NCBI GenBank assembly: GCA_963843145.1
Contig: CAWJJC010000022.1
Span: 416,001-480,000 of the forward strand
DNA length: 64,000 bases
Direction: 5' to 3'
Origin: an uncultured delta proteobacterium
GTDB lineage: Bacteria > Desulfobacterota > RBG-13-43-22
The notes beneath the pieces are model-generated. The model saw nothing but the letters and a program-made list of their open reading frames with translations. It ran no database searches and was not told the origin of the DNA. Position 1 is the stretch's first letter, and each line of letters opens with the position of its first letter. Shown piece by piece: positions 31,899-40,439 of the stretch. A program made the translations under genes and the position numbers.

Positions 31899-33047
31899 TT
31901 AGAATACAAACTGGAACTGTACGCCGCCCAACCATTCTTTGCCCAGGTCGGGGTTGCCGGCGACGTTCGGGTTCTTCCCGTAGTCATAATAGGTGAATTC
32001 CGGAACGACGTAGAAGCTGTCAGCGACCTTCCAGTTGAGGCTCGCACCGTACATCATGCGGATGTTGTACTTGTCGCCCACATAAACGTCAGTGTTTTCA
32101 GCCTTGTCGTATCCAACATAAAGGTGAGGAATAACCGGGCCGGCGTTGAAGGCCAAGTCGACAAAACCATTCAACCCGGTGGTATCCTTAACCTTGCCGT
32201 TAACTCTCTGGTATTGCTGGAAACCACTTTCCAGGGCCAGCGGGCTGGCGATGTTCGCCCCGTAGCCAATCTGGAAGGTACCCGTAAAGGCGCCGGCTTT
32301 AACTACGACCGGCAGCACGGTATACCAAGAGGTCATGTTGTCGTCAAACCCGTTCGGCAAATTATTCCATTTGACGTATTGATAATAACCGGCCGGCATC
32401 AGGGAGACCACGCCAAAGTTCAACCGCAATTTGGCGGCGACCATAGGGATCGTGGCAAAGGAGCGTTGGTTGGTATCGGTATAGTACATGGGGCTGTACC
32501 AGAGAGATGTCATACCCGACGACCTTGGTAACATCCTGGGAGAAACGAACCTGGGCGTTACGTTGATCATACACAGTACCCCAACCGAAGCCGGCGACAT
32601 GGCCGCGACCCCGAGGCCTAAGTTCTGACCGGCGACCACGGAAAATACATGGCCATCGGTCTTGCCTGCCAATAGGGTGCAGTTTCCGAATTTATACCAG
32701 CCATACAGTTTGGCGCTTTCCACAAATTGGGCGCCTCCGGAGTATTTTGTACTCGTCGTCTGCTTGATCGCCGGCCAATCCGGAGTTCAAAATAGCCGCC
32801 CACATGGCCGACTTCCAATCGAGCCGCGGACGCGGGAATGAGTGGGAATATTCATGAAAAACTCAGTCTGATCGGATTTTCCGTCATATAGTTCTTTGCT
32901 CCGATTCCAGGCCCCGACATCGGTCAACATCAAAGCTCCAAAATAAAAATTGGTGTCTTTGGCGCCCTCGATCTTGAAAGCGAAAGCCGGAACGGCAAAC
33001 ATTACGGCCAGGCCCAAGACCAATGCGAAAATTAAAGTTTTTTTCAT
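31899..33047 (-). CDS. Outer-membrane beta-barrel/porin-like protein, split by frameshifts
   Basis: Signal peptide (VPAFA), aromatic beta-strands, C-terminal QFVF. Confidence 0.7.
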
Positions 33048-33258
33048 TGTCTCTTTTCTCCTTGTTAAGGTTGATCTTTTCTCTTTAAGTAAACAAACTC
33101 CTTGTTATTGCTTATCTTTTTATCGCCAGCCGATGACCACCTCCCCTCCTGAACAGGATTCACTCATTTTCGACCAGCAATTTATACGGTTAAGCCGTTG
33201 ATGTCAAGCATTATTTTTGATTCCCGGGACAATTCCTTTATCAGATATTGGGGAGGTT

Positions 33259-33479
33259 CGGGCGGGGATCAACCCCGCCCCGATTTAACGTGGATAAGGC
33301 CCTCTATTTATTGTAATTAAAGGCAATTTCTCATCATCACCGAATGCCCTTGTCGTGGATCCAATATTCCCCAAAAAAAGCTTGGATTCCCGCTCAGAAG
33401 CGCCGCGGGAATGACGTTCTATTCTCTGATATTGTTATTATTTTTGGGTTTCCGTAGGGGCGGGGTTGATCCCCGCCCG
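33259..33479. repeat. GTAG-type REP pair enclosing a CGTC-type REP pair
   Basis: gggcggggatcaaccccgccc and gtaggggcggggttgatccccgccc flank ggattcccgctcagaagcgccgcgggaatgacg. Confidence 0.75.
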
Positions 33480-33494
33480 CCTGTCAATCGTCTT

Positions 33495-34763
33495 TTAAAC
33501 AAGACCTTTGACTAATTGGCCGATCTTCTCCAAATCGTCGGTTCCGGCCGGGAAAGATACGCCCGCATTCAGGATCTGTCCATCCCTGACCATCTGTACT
33601 TTGATCACCGGGAGATAGTTTCCATCCCACTCCTCCAAGCCGAAGGACACCTGATAAGTCATATTGGACGGAAAGGGTGGGGCGGCCGGAAATGATTCTG
33701 TTTGCTGAGCAAAAAAGGTCTCTTTTTCTTGAGCCTCCAGGGGTCGACAAAACAGAACGCTCCCCTGCTTTAACTGCTCCACGCAGTTGTTGCAGGAAAG
33801 GCAGGCGGCTTTTCGCCGGTCGCCCTTTTGCCAGCGATTGATCAAATCCAGCTCCCGGATAAAGGGCCGGCAGAGAGCGATGAAATCGGCGGTCCCTTCT
33901 TCCAGAAGGCGCCGGGCCGTGGGAAAAGACCGGATCCCGCCCACCAAAATGACCGGGATTTGGAGCTGCTGCTTGAAGGCCAGGGCTTCGTTTCGGAAAA
34001 AGGCCGGGTCATCCTCGCCGCTGTTTTTATCCCGGAGCAGGTTGGGCAAGTTCAACAGGCCGCCGCTGATCTCCAGGGCATCGACGCCGACCGCCTCCAG
34101 CCGCCGGCCTACCTGGATGGATTCCTCCAACCGGAGTCCATCCTCGATCAGGTCCCGGCTGTTGATTTTCACCAAGAGGGGGTACTCGGGATTAAGCTGT
34201 CCCCGGACGGCCTCTGCCACTTCTACCAGGGCCCGGGCCCGGTTTTCAATCGAACCGCCGTATTCATCGCTGCGGGGATTGTAACGGGGGCAGAGGAGCT
34301 GGCTCAGGAAGAAGCCGTGGGCGGCCAGGATCTGAATCCCGTCGAACCCGGCTTGCTCTGCCCGGCAGGCGGCCCGGGCGAAGGCCGTGCCGACCGCCCG
34401 GATATCCTCCGCGGTCATTTGGCTCACCCGGGACTTGGAGAGATAGGCCCCCCCATAATTAAGCTGCAGGACGATCCGGCCTCCCCGGTCATGGACGGCC
34501 CGGGTCAATTGTTGGAGTCCGGGGAGCAGGTCGTCCGAATAACTGCCGAGCTGTCGGGGCGAATGTTTCCCCGAGGGGTGGACATAACTATGACCGGTGA
34601 TGATCAGACCCACTCCACCGTCGGCCAGGGCACGGTACAGATCGATCAGGGGCGCGGTAACCGACCCATCCTCGGCCGCCATTCCCTCCCAGGTAGCCGA
34701 GCGCACAAAACGGTTTTTTAAGGTCAGGCCGTTTATCCGACCGGGCTCAAATAAGGGTTCCAT
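33495..34763 (-). CDS. NADH:flavin oxidoreductase (OYE family)
   Basis: LKNRFVRSAT, GFDGIQILAAHGFFLSQ, DEYGGS, CLSCNNC. Confidence 0.9.
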   Translation of the reverse strand: MEPLFEPGRINGLTLKNRFVRSATWEGMAAEDGSVTAPLIDLYRALADGGVGLIITGHSYVHPSGKHSPRQLGSYSDDLLPGLQQLTRAVHDRGGRIVLQLNYGGAYLSKSRVSQMTAEDIRAVGTAFARAACRAEQAGFDGIQILAAHGFFLSQLLCPRYNPRSDEYGGSIENRARALVEVAEAVRGQLNPEYPLLVKINSRDLIEDGLRLEESIQVGRRLEAVGVDALEISGGLLNLPNLLRDKNSGEDDPAFFRNEALAFKQQLQIPVILVGGIRSFPTARRLLEEGTADFIALCRPFIRELDLINRWQKGDRRKAACLSCNNCVEQLKQGSVLFCRPLEAQEKETFFAQQTESFPAAPPFPSNMTYQVSFGLEEWDGNYLPVIKVQMVRDGQILNAGVSFPAGTDDLEKIGQLVKGLV

Positions 34764-34857
34764 CAAAGACCTCGTATTTAATGGAAGAACTGCCGCAGTT
34801 GGTTACCAGAAGTTTCATGCCTGTTCGGCTAATAAAGGCCAGCGACCGGGGCGGGCC

Positions 34858-35886
34858 CTACGCGGTAAACAGGGTCGTGCCGGCGGACCGCAGGTCGCTG
34901 ACCGCCCGCTTCACCCGCTCGGCCATGGCCCCTTCCGCTTCGGAAAGGTAGGTGCGGGGATCGTAAGCCTTTTTGTTGCCCATTTCGCCGTCCACCTTGA
35001 GCACCTCCTGATAATGCCGAAACATATGGTGGACGACCTGCCGGGTGAACGCGTACTGGGTGTCGGTGTCGACATTCATTTTAACCACGCCATAGTCAAT
35101 GGCCTCGTGGATGTCGGCCAATTCCGAGCCCGAGCCGCCGTGGAAGACCAGATAGAAGCGAGCCGCCTCGCCGTACTGGTTGACCACCGCTTCCTGACAG
35201 TCTCGCAGGATGGAGGGTTTCAATTTGACTGCCCCGGGCTTGTATACGCCGTGAACGTTTCCAAAGGTAGCCGCCAGCAGGTAGCGGGCCCCTTTTAAGG
35301 CATTGAGGCGTCGGGCGACCTCCAGGGTATCCCCGGGGGTAGTGTAGAGCTTGGCCGAGGCCTCGGCCTTGATGCCGTCTTCCTCCCCTCCCACCACCCC
35401 AGCTTCGATTTCCAGAATCAATTCGTTTTTTTGAAACCGCTCCAGCAGCTTGATGGAAATATCCAGGTTGTCTTTCAGAGGCAGGGCGCTGCCGTCGAAC
35501 ATGTGGCTGCTGAAGAGATTGGGCCTTCCGGCGGCCCGCCGCCGCTCCGTTTCCTCCACCAGCGGAAGAACGTAGTGATCCAGCTTCTCCGCCTGGCAGT
35601 GGTCGGTGTGCAGGGCCACAAAGATGGGATAGCGTTCAGCCATCCGGTGAACATGTTCGGCGATGGAGATCGCCCCCAGGACCATGTCCTTGACTGACGA
35701 CCCGGAGGCGAAGGCGGCGCCCCCGGTGGAAACTTGGATGATACCGTCGCTTTGGCTTTCCGCCAGCCCTTTGAGGACGGCATTGGCCGTGGTCAGGGAA
35801 GTGACATTAATGGCCGGGTAGGCGAAGCGCCCCTCACGGGCACGATCGAGCATTTTACAGTAGGTCAGGTAATCGGCAACCGGCAT
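34858..35886 (-). CDS. fbaA: Class II fructose-bisphosphate aldolase
   Basis: HTDHC, GGEEDG, FGNVHGVY, FHGGSG, KMNVDTD. Confidence 0.95.
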   Translation of the reverse strand: MPVADYLTYCKMLDRAREGRFAYPAINVTSLTTANAVLKGLAESQSDGIIQVSTGGAAFASGSSVKDMVLGAISIAEHVHRMAERYPIFVALHTDHCQAEKLDHYVLPLVEETERRRAAGRPNLFSSHMFDGSALPLKDNLDISIKLLERFQKNELILEIEAGVVGGEEDGIKAEASAKLYTTPGDTLEVARRLNALKGARYLLAATFGNVHGVYKPGAVKLKPSILRDCQEAVVNQYGEAARFYLVFHGGSGSELADIHEAIDYGVVKMNVDTDTQYAFTRQVVHHMFRHYQEVLKVDGEMGNKKAYDPRTYLSEAEGAMAERVKRAVSDLRSAGTTLFTA

Positions 35887-35917
35887 AGTGTGCTCCTTTG
35901 TTAAGAGGTTGATTTTT

Positions 35918-36079
35918 CGTCATCCCCGAAGGTCTTTATCGGGGATCCAGTGTTCCTTGAAGAAAAGCCTGGATTCCCGCTCAGAAGCGCCGCGGGAATG
36001 ACGCTTTATGATGTTGTTACTATTTTGAGACCATTTGTAAAAGGTATTTGGACGTCATTCCCGCGGAGGCGGGAATCCA
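35918..36079. repeat. CGTC-type REP cluster downstream of the GIY-YIG gene
   Basis: cgtcatccccg...ggaatgacg and cgtcattcccgcggaggcgggaatcca. Confidence 0.82.
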
Positions 36080-36081
36080 GG

Positions 36082-36375
36082 TCACCGGATGATCATGTCC
36101 GTTAGATCTCTCCAATCAGCATTATTTCGTTCGATCAACCTGATTTTCCAGGCCCGCTCCCATTTTTTCATCTGTTTTTCTCGAGTCAAGGCGCTTTCAG
36201 CCGTCTCATGCACTTCAAAGTAGACAAGATTCTTTATGCCATATTTTTTTGAAAAACCGTCTGCCTGGCCCTCCTTATGTTGCCAAGTCCTCTGAACCAG
36301 ATTCGAGGTCACACCAATGTAGAGCGTTCCATTTCGTTTACTGGCCAGGATGTAAACATAGAACTGTTTAGGCAC
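36082..36375 (-). CDS. Small GIY-YIG nuclease
   Basis: YVYILAS..NGTLYIGVT, REKQMKKW. Confidence 0.92.
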   Translation of the reverse strand: MPKQFYVYILASKRNGTLYIGVTSNLVQRTWQHKEGQADGFSKKYGIKNLVYFEVHETAESALTREKQMKKWERAWKIRLIERNNADWRDLTDMIIR

Positions 36376-36388
36376 ACAAAATCCTTAT

Positions 36389-36421
36389 GGATTCCCACGC
36401 AGAAGCGCTGCGGGAATGACG
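36389..36421. repeat. CGTC-type REP upstream of the GIY-YIG gene
   Basis: ggattcccacgcagaagcgctgcgggaatgacg. Confidence 0.75.
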
Positions 36422-36463
36422 GTCCGACCACGAACCAATAACGCCTGACGTGAATTTTTCTTG

Positions 36464-38554
36464 TCAGGTCGTCTCTTTTCCTATCCTCTCCATCAGCACC
36501 ACAATCGACCGAGGTTGAACCGGGTAGGTCTCCCCGGAAACAGCCGGGGCGTGGGCCCAGGTGCCGATGTCTTCGGGCGGGTCCAGCGCGGTGTCGATCC
36601 ACCGGTGCCAGGCCTTGCCCTGCAGGTTTTGAACGGGCGGCAGTTCAAAGGTCAGGGGCTTCCAGTAAGCGTTCAACATCATGTAGGTCAAGAGCCGGCC
36701 CTGGCGGCTCCAGGCGCTGAAGGCCAGACTATGAGAATCCGGGCTCCAGTCGGGCTGGCTGAGCTTGACCCCGTGCCACTGAATCCGGGCCTGTCTGAGG
36801 ATCTGGCTCAGGGTCAATTCCCGGCCGGGGGTGAAGGTGTCCGTGCGCAGGCGGGCCGCGATCAAGCTCTTGACGAACCGATGCACATCGGCATGTTCAG
36901 CCAGGAGGTCCCAATCCAACCAACTGATTTCGTTGTCCTGGCAGTAGGCGTTGTTGTTTCCCCCCTGGGTCCGACGGACCTCGTCGCCCATGAGGAGCAT
37001 GGGGGCCCCCAGGGCCAGGAGGGTGACGGTTAGAAAGTTCTTTACCTGGCGGTTGCGGAGCCTTTCGATTTCCGGTTTGTCCGCGGGGCCCTCCACCCCG
37101 CAATTCCAACTCAGGTTGTCGTCGGTCCCGTCGCGGTCCTCTTCGCCGTTGTCCTTGTTGTGTTTGGTGTTATAAGAGACCAGGTCGTTCAAGGTAAAAC
37201 CGTCGTGGCAGGTAACGAAATTGATGCTCTGTTCCGGTTCGCGTTCCTGCCCGCCGTAAAGGTCCGGACTGCCCAGTAGCCGGGGGGCTACGGCGGAAAC
37301 GGCGCCACGGTCGCCTTTGATAAAGCGCCGCACGTCATCCCGGAATTTGCCGTTCCATTCTTTCCAGCTTTCCCCGACAAAGCTGCCCACCTGGTAAAGC
37401 CCGGCCGCGTCCCAGGCTTCGGCAATCAGCTTGGTACCGGCCAGGACCGGGTCGGATTCAATATCCCAGAGGACCGGGGGATTGGCCAGGGGTTGGCCGG
37501 TTTCATCCCGGGAAAGAATGGCGGCCAGATCAAAACGGAAGCCGTCCACGTGCATCTCTTCAACCCAGTGGTGTAAACTATCGATGATCATCCGCCGGAC
37601 GATGGAATTGCCGGAATTGAGGGTATTGCCGCATCCCGAATAGTTGGCGTACCGGCCGGTGGCGGCTTCCAGGATGTAGTAAGCCCGGTTTTCAAAACCC
37701 CGATAGCAAAGCGTCGGACCGTATTCGTGCCCTTCGGTAGTGTGGTTAAAGACCACGTCCAGGATGACCTCGATCCCGGCTCGGTGCAGGGCCTTGACCA
37801 TATCCCGGAATTCATCCAACGGATCGAGGGGGTCTCGGCGGGAGCAGTAACTCCCGTGAGGGGCGAAGAAGCTGACGGGGCTGTAGCCCCAGTAGTTCTC
37901 GAAGCCGGGAGGCGCGTCCTGTTCATCAAATTCAAAGACCGGGAGGAGTTCCACGGCGGTGATTCCCAAATCCTGCAGGTAGGGGATTTTCTCGATCAAC
38001 CCGGCGTAGGTCCCCCGTTTATCCACTGGCACCCCCGAACTGGGATGACGGGTGAATCCCCGGACGTGCAGTTCATAAATAATGGTATTGGAAAACGGGC
38101 GCCGGAGTGGGGCGTCCCCCTCCCAATCGTAAAGGCTCAAATCCGCCACCACGCTTTTCATGGCCGTGGCCGTGTTGTCTCCCGGAAGGCCGGCGGCCAG
38201 CCGGCTGTAATGAGGGGGCGTCACCAAGGCCTTGCCGTAGGGATCCAGCAGAATTTTTTGGCCGTCAAAACGCAGCCCCTTTTCCGGTGCATAGGGGCCG
38301 GAAACACGGTAGCCATAGATTTGTCCGCAAGTCAGTCCGGGGACGAAGATATGCCAGTAGAAATAGGTCCGGTTTTTGTTTGGTTCCAGGAGAATGACCC
38401 GGGCCGGTCGGGCGTCATCGGGCCGGTCGAACAGGAGCAGTTCCACTCCGGAGGCGTTTTTGGAATAGACGCTGAAATTGACGCCTTCCGGGTTGACAGT
38501 GGCTCCGAGGGGGAAAGCGCTTCCCGGGGGATATTGATCACTAGAGGAGTTCAT
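36464..38554 (-). CDS. glgX: Glycogen debranching enzyme
   Basis: PLGAT, YWGYS, DVVFNHT, DGFRFDL, AEAWD, CHDGFTL. Confidence 0.95.
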   Translation of the reverse strand: MNSSSDQYPPGSAFPLGATVNPEGVNFSVYSKNASGVELLLFDRPDDARPARVILLEPNKNRTYFYWHIFVPGLTCGQIYGYRVSGPYAPEKGLRFDGQKILLDPYGKALVTPPHYSRLAAGLPGDNTATAMKSVVADLSLYDWEGDAPLRRPFSNTIIYELHVRGFTRHPSSGVPVDKRGTYAGLIEKIPYLQDLGITAVELLPVFEFDEQDAPPGFENYWGYSPVSFFAPHGSYCSRRDPLDPLDEFRDMVKALHRAGIEVILDVVFNHTTEGHEYGPTLCYRGFENRAYYILEAATGRYANYSGCGNTLNSGNSIVRRMIIDSLHHWVEEMHVDGFRFDLAAILSRDETGQPLANPPVLWDIESDPVLAGTKLIAEAWDAAGLYQVGSFVGESWKEWNGKFRDDVRRFIKGDRGAVSAVAPRLLGSPDLYGGQEREPEQSINFVTCHDGFTLNDLVSYNTKHNKDNGEEDRDGTDDNLSWNCGVEGPADKPEIERLRNRQVKNFLTVTLLALGAPMLLMGDEVRRTQGGNNNAYCQDNEISWLDWDLLAEHADVHRFVKSLIAARLRTDTFTPGRELTLSQILRQARIQWHGVKLSQPDWSPDSHSLAFSAWSRQGRLLTYMMLNAYWKPLTFELPPVQNLQGKAWHRWIDTALDPPEDIGTWAHAPAVSGETYPVQPRSIVVLMERIGKETT

Positions 38555-38811
38555 CGGTTCGTACCCTCCGGTTGATAGAACACCCGTTCCTGATTTTTCA
38601 GGATTATTCCCGGATCGAACGGTCCGGGTCAATTTTGTCCGGGCAGGACTTCTTTTGGATACGCTTCATACCCAGACCCCGTTTTCAACCAGGGGCAGCC
38701 GTTTCGCCGGGGTAACTGATTTTGAGCGTTTGTCCAATGGTTCAATAATAGCAGAAAATGCAGATTAGACCAATGATGATTTATTCCCCTTTTTCGAAAA
38801 TGGGGGAGGAG

Positions 38812-39861
38812 TTATGGTTCCAGAAAGCATTGCGGGTCTTCGCCGGTCAGGTGGGGACGCCCCGCGGCCCGGGAAAAGGCATAGGCCATAGCCCGGCATC
38901 CCCGACAGGCCGCCCACCGGCGGCAACGGCCGCATTTTCCTTCGTAACTGTTTCTATCCCTTAGCCGCTCCAGTACCGGGGAGCCGCTCCAGAGTTCACG
39001 CAGGGAGTCCCGGCGCACATTTCCGATGGGGACCGGCAACCGGCGGCAGGGAGTGACCGTGCCGTCGGCCATCAAGGTCAAGCCGGATACCCCGGCCGCG
39101 CACCCGCCTTGGGGGAACCCTCCCAGGTCGTTCGGATCAGCGCCCGACTCCATCTGCCGGTAAAGGGGATCGCCGCTGACCAGTTCCAATCCCTCGGGAG
39201 AGAGGGAATGGATTTCCTGATAAAGGTCCCGGACTTGATCCGGTTTTAACAGCTTGGAAGAGAGCAGGGCCCCTTGACCGGCGGGGATCAATCGGGAGAA
39301 CCCCAGCCGCTGGACGTTCAAGGCCTGGGCCAGGGGAATCATTTTTAAAAATTGGTCCCGGTTGAGATCGGATAAAGTTGTATTGATGGTCACCGGGATC
39401 CCGGCTTCCACTAAGGTTCCGATCCCTTTCAGCGCTTCGGCAAAACTGCCTTTCCCCCTGAGGGCATCATGGGTTTCCTCCAGACCTTCCAGACTGATCT
39501 GGACTCCCCGAACCGCCAGGCGGCTCAGTCGGCCTGCCCTATCCCGGTCCAGGAGGGTTCCGTTGGTCAGGAGATAAAGGTCAAAACCCCGCCGACTCAT
39601 TTCTTCGAGAATTAGAAAAAGATCGGAGCGCAGGAATGGCTCTCCTCCGGTAACATTGATACTGGTCTGGAAGGTCAGGCCATAGCTATTTGACCAGTCT
39701 GCCAGCATCAGGGTTATCTCGTTCAGGGTTTCTTTGATTTCAGAGAAAGTTAGTTCCTCAAAAGGCCCTTTCTCCTGATAGCAGTGGAGACAATGAAGAT
39801 TGCATTTTTCGGTCAGATGCCATTGAAAAAAGAAATCAAAGGGGTGGTCGGTTTGCATCAT
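38812..39861 (-). CDS. Radical SAM/SPASM domain protein (putative peptide maturase)
   Basis: QWHLTEKCNLHCLHC, TGGEP; SPASM GCAAG...PC...CGRC-x5-C-RGC...DPQC. Confidence 0.9.
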   Translation of the reverse strand: MMQTDHPFDFFFQWHLTEKCNLHCLHCYQEKGPFEELTFSEIKETLNEITLMLADWSNSYGLTFQTSINVTGGEPFLRSDLFLILEEMSRRGFDLYLLTNGTLLDRDRAGRLSRLAVRGVQISLEGLEETHDALRGKGSFAEALKGIGTLVEAGIPVTINTTLSDLNRDQFLKMIPLAQALNVQRLGFSRLIPAGQGALLSSKLLKPDQVRDLYQEIHSLSPEGLELVSGDPLYRQMESGADPNDLGGFPQGGCAAGVSGLTLMADGTVTPCRRLPVPIGNVRRDSLRELWSGSPVLERLRDRNSYEGKCGRCRRWAACRGCRAMAYAFSRAAGRPHLTGEDPQCFLEP

Positions 39862-39916
39862 TCAGGTCCGTTTTCTGGTCTTCATTCTAAACCCTCTGAC
39901 CCGGGGCGGGCACCCC

Positions 39917-40062
39917 AAATGAACGTCGAACATTGAACATCGAACGCCCAACCTCGAATGAAAAACAAGCTTCCATTGCCGGACAGAGAGTGTCAAATCT
40001 TGTTCTTTCATCTTCTTTTATTCAATATTCGATGTTGGAAGTTCGATGTTCGATGTTCAATT
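39917..40062. repeat. Heptamer-repeat palindromic element (GAACATC/GAACATT type)
   Basis: Inverted 7-mer arms; near-identical ends to 47480-47624. Confidence 0.8.
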
Positions 40063-40150
40063 GCTCAATGACCCTTACAAAGCCCATCCAGCGCAAAAAT
40101 AACCTACGGCCTATTGGGCGCGGGCGGGCTATTTTCATACCAAGGACAAA

Positions 40151-40203
40151 GGCGGATAGGGAGCAGGTTAGCGATGCTTTTTCCCCGCCTCCTCCCTATC
40201 CGT
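40151..40203 (-). terminator. Strong hairpin between peptide ORF and maturase (possible leaky terminator or mRNA stabiliser)
   Basis: cggatagggag/ctccctatccg stem with a short T-tract on the minus strand. Confidence 0.45.
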
Positions 40204-40213
40204 CCGTTGATTC

Positions 40214-40232
40214 CATTGCTGAACCAGCAATG
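40214..40232 (-). promoter_or_regulatory. Putative bacterial SECIS hairpin
   Basis: CATTGCTG-GTT-CAGCAATG, starting 10 nt after the second in-frame TGA, G-U in the apical loop. Confidence 0.6.
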
Positions 40233-40233
40233 T

Positions 40234-40356
40234 TTACGATTTTCAGCCTTTTCACTTGTGGCATACTGTTTTGGGACCTTCCTTCGCCGCTGCCTTCATT
40301 TTGGCCCAAAAAGCTGCCTCTTTCGCCAACCCCTCCGGGTTCATCTTTTTTTTCAT
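40234..40356 (-). CDS. Putative selenocysteine-containing precursor peptide MKKKMNPEGLAKEAAFWAKMKAAAKEGPKTVCHKUKGUKS
   Basis: AGGAGGTG RBS, two in-frame TGA in C-x2-U-x2-U spacing, TAA stop, SECIS-like hairpin, upstream of rSAM/SPASM gene. Confidence 0.7.
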
Positions 40357-40439
40357 CCTTTTTCACCTCCTTTCTTTTGTTAAGTATCCGGTATCGAGTT
40401 TCGTCTCTATCCGGCATCCGTCTTTTCAACCCGCGAACC

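Noticed and set aside
39917-40062. CRISPR array in the periodic repeats
   Set aside because: 7-nt units without unique spacers; no cas genes in the window
40196-40429. 77-aa minus-strand ORF from the track
   Set aside because: Different frame from the RBS-supported peptide at 40356; no convincing RBS or motif
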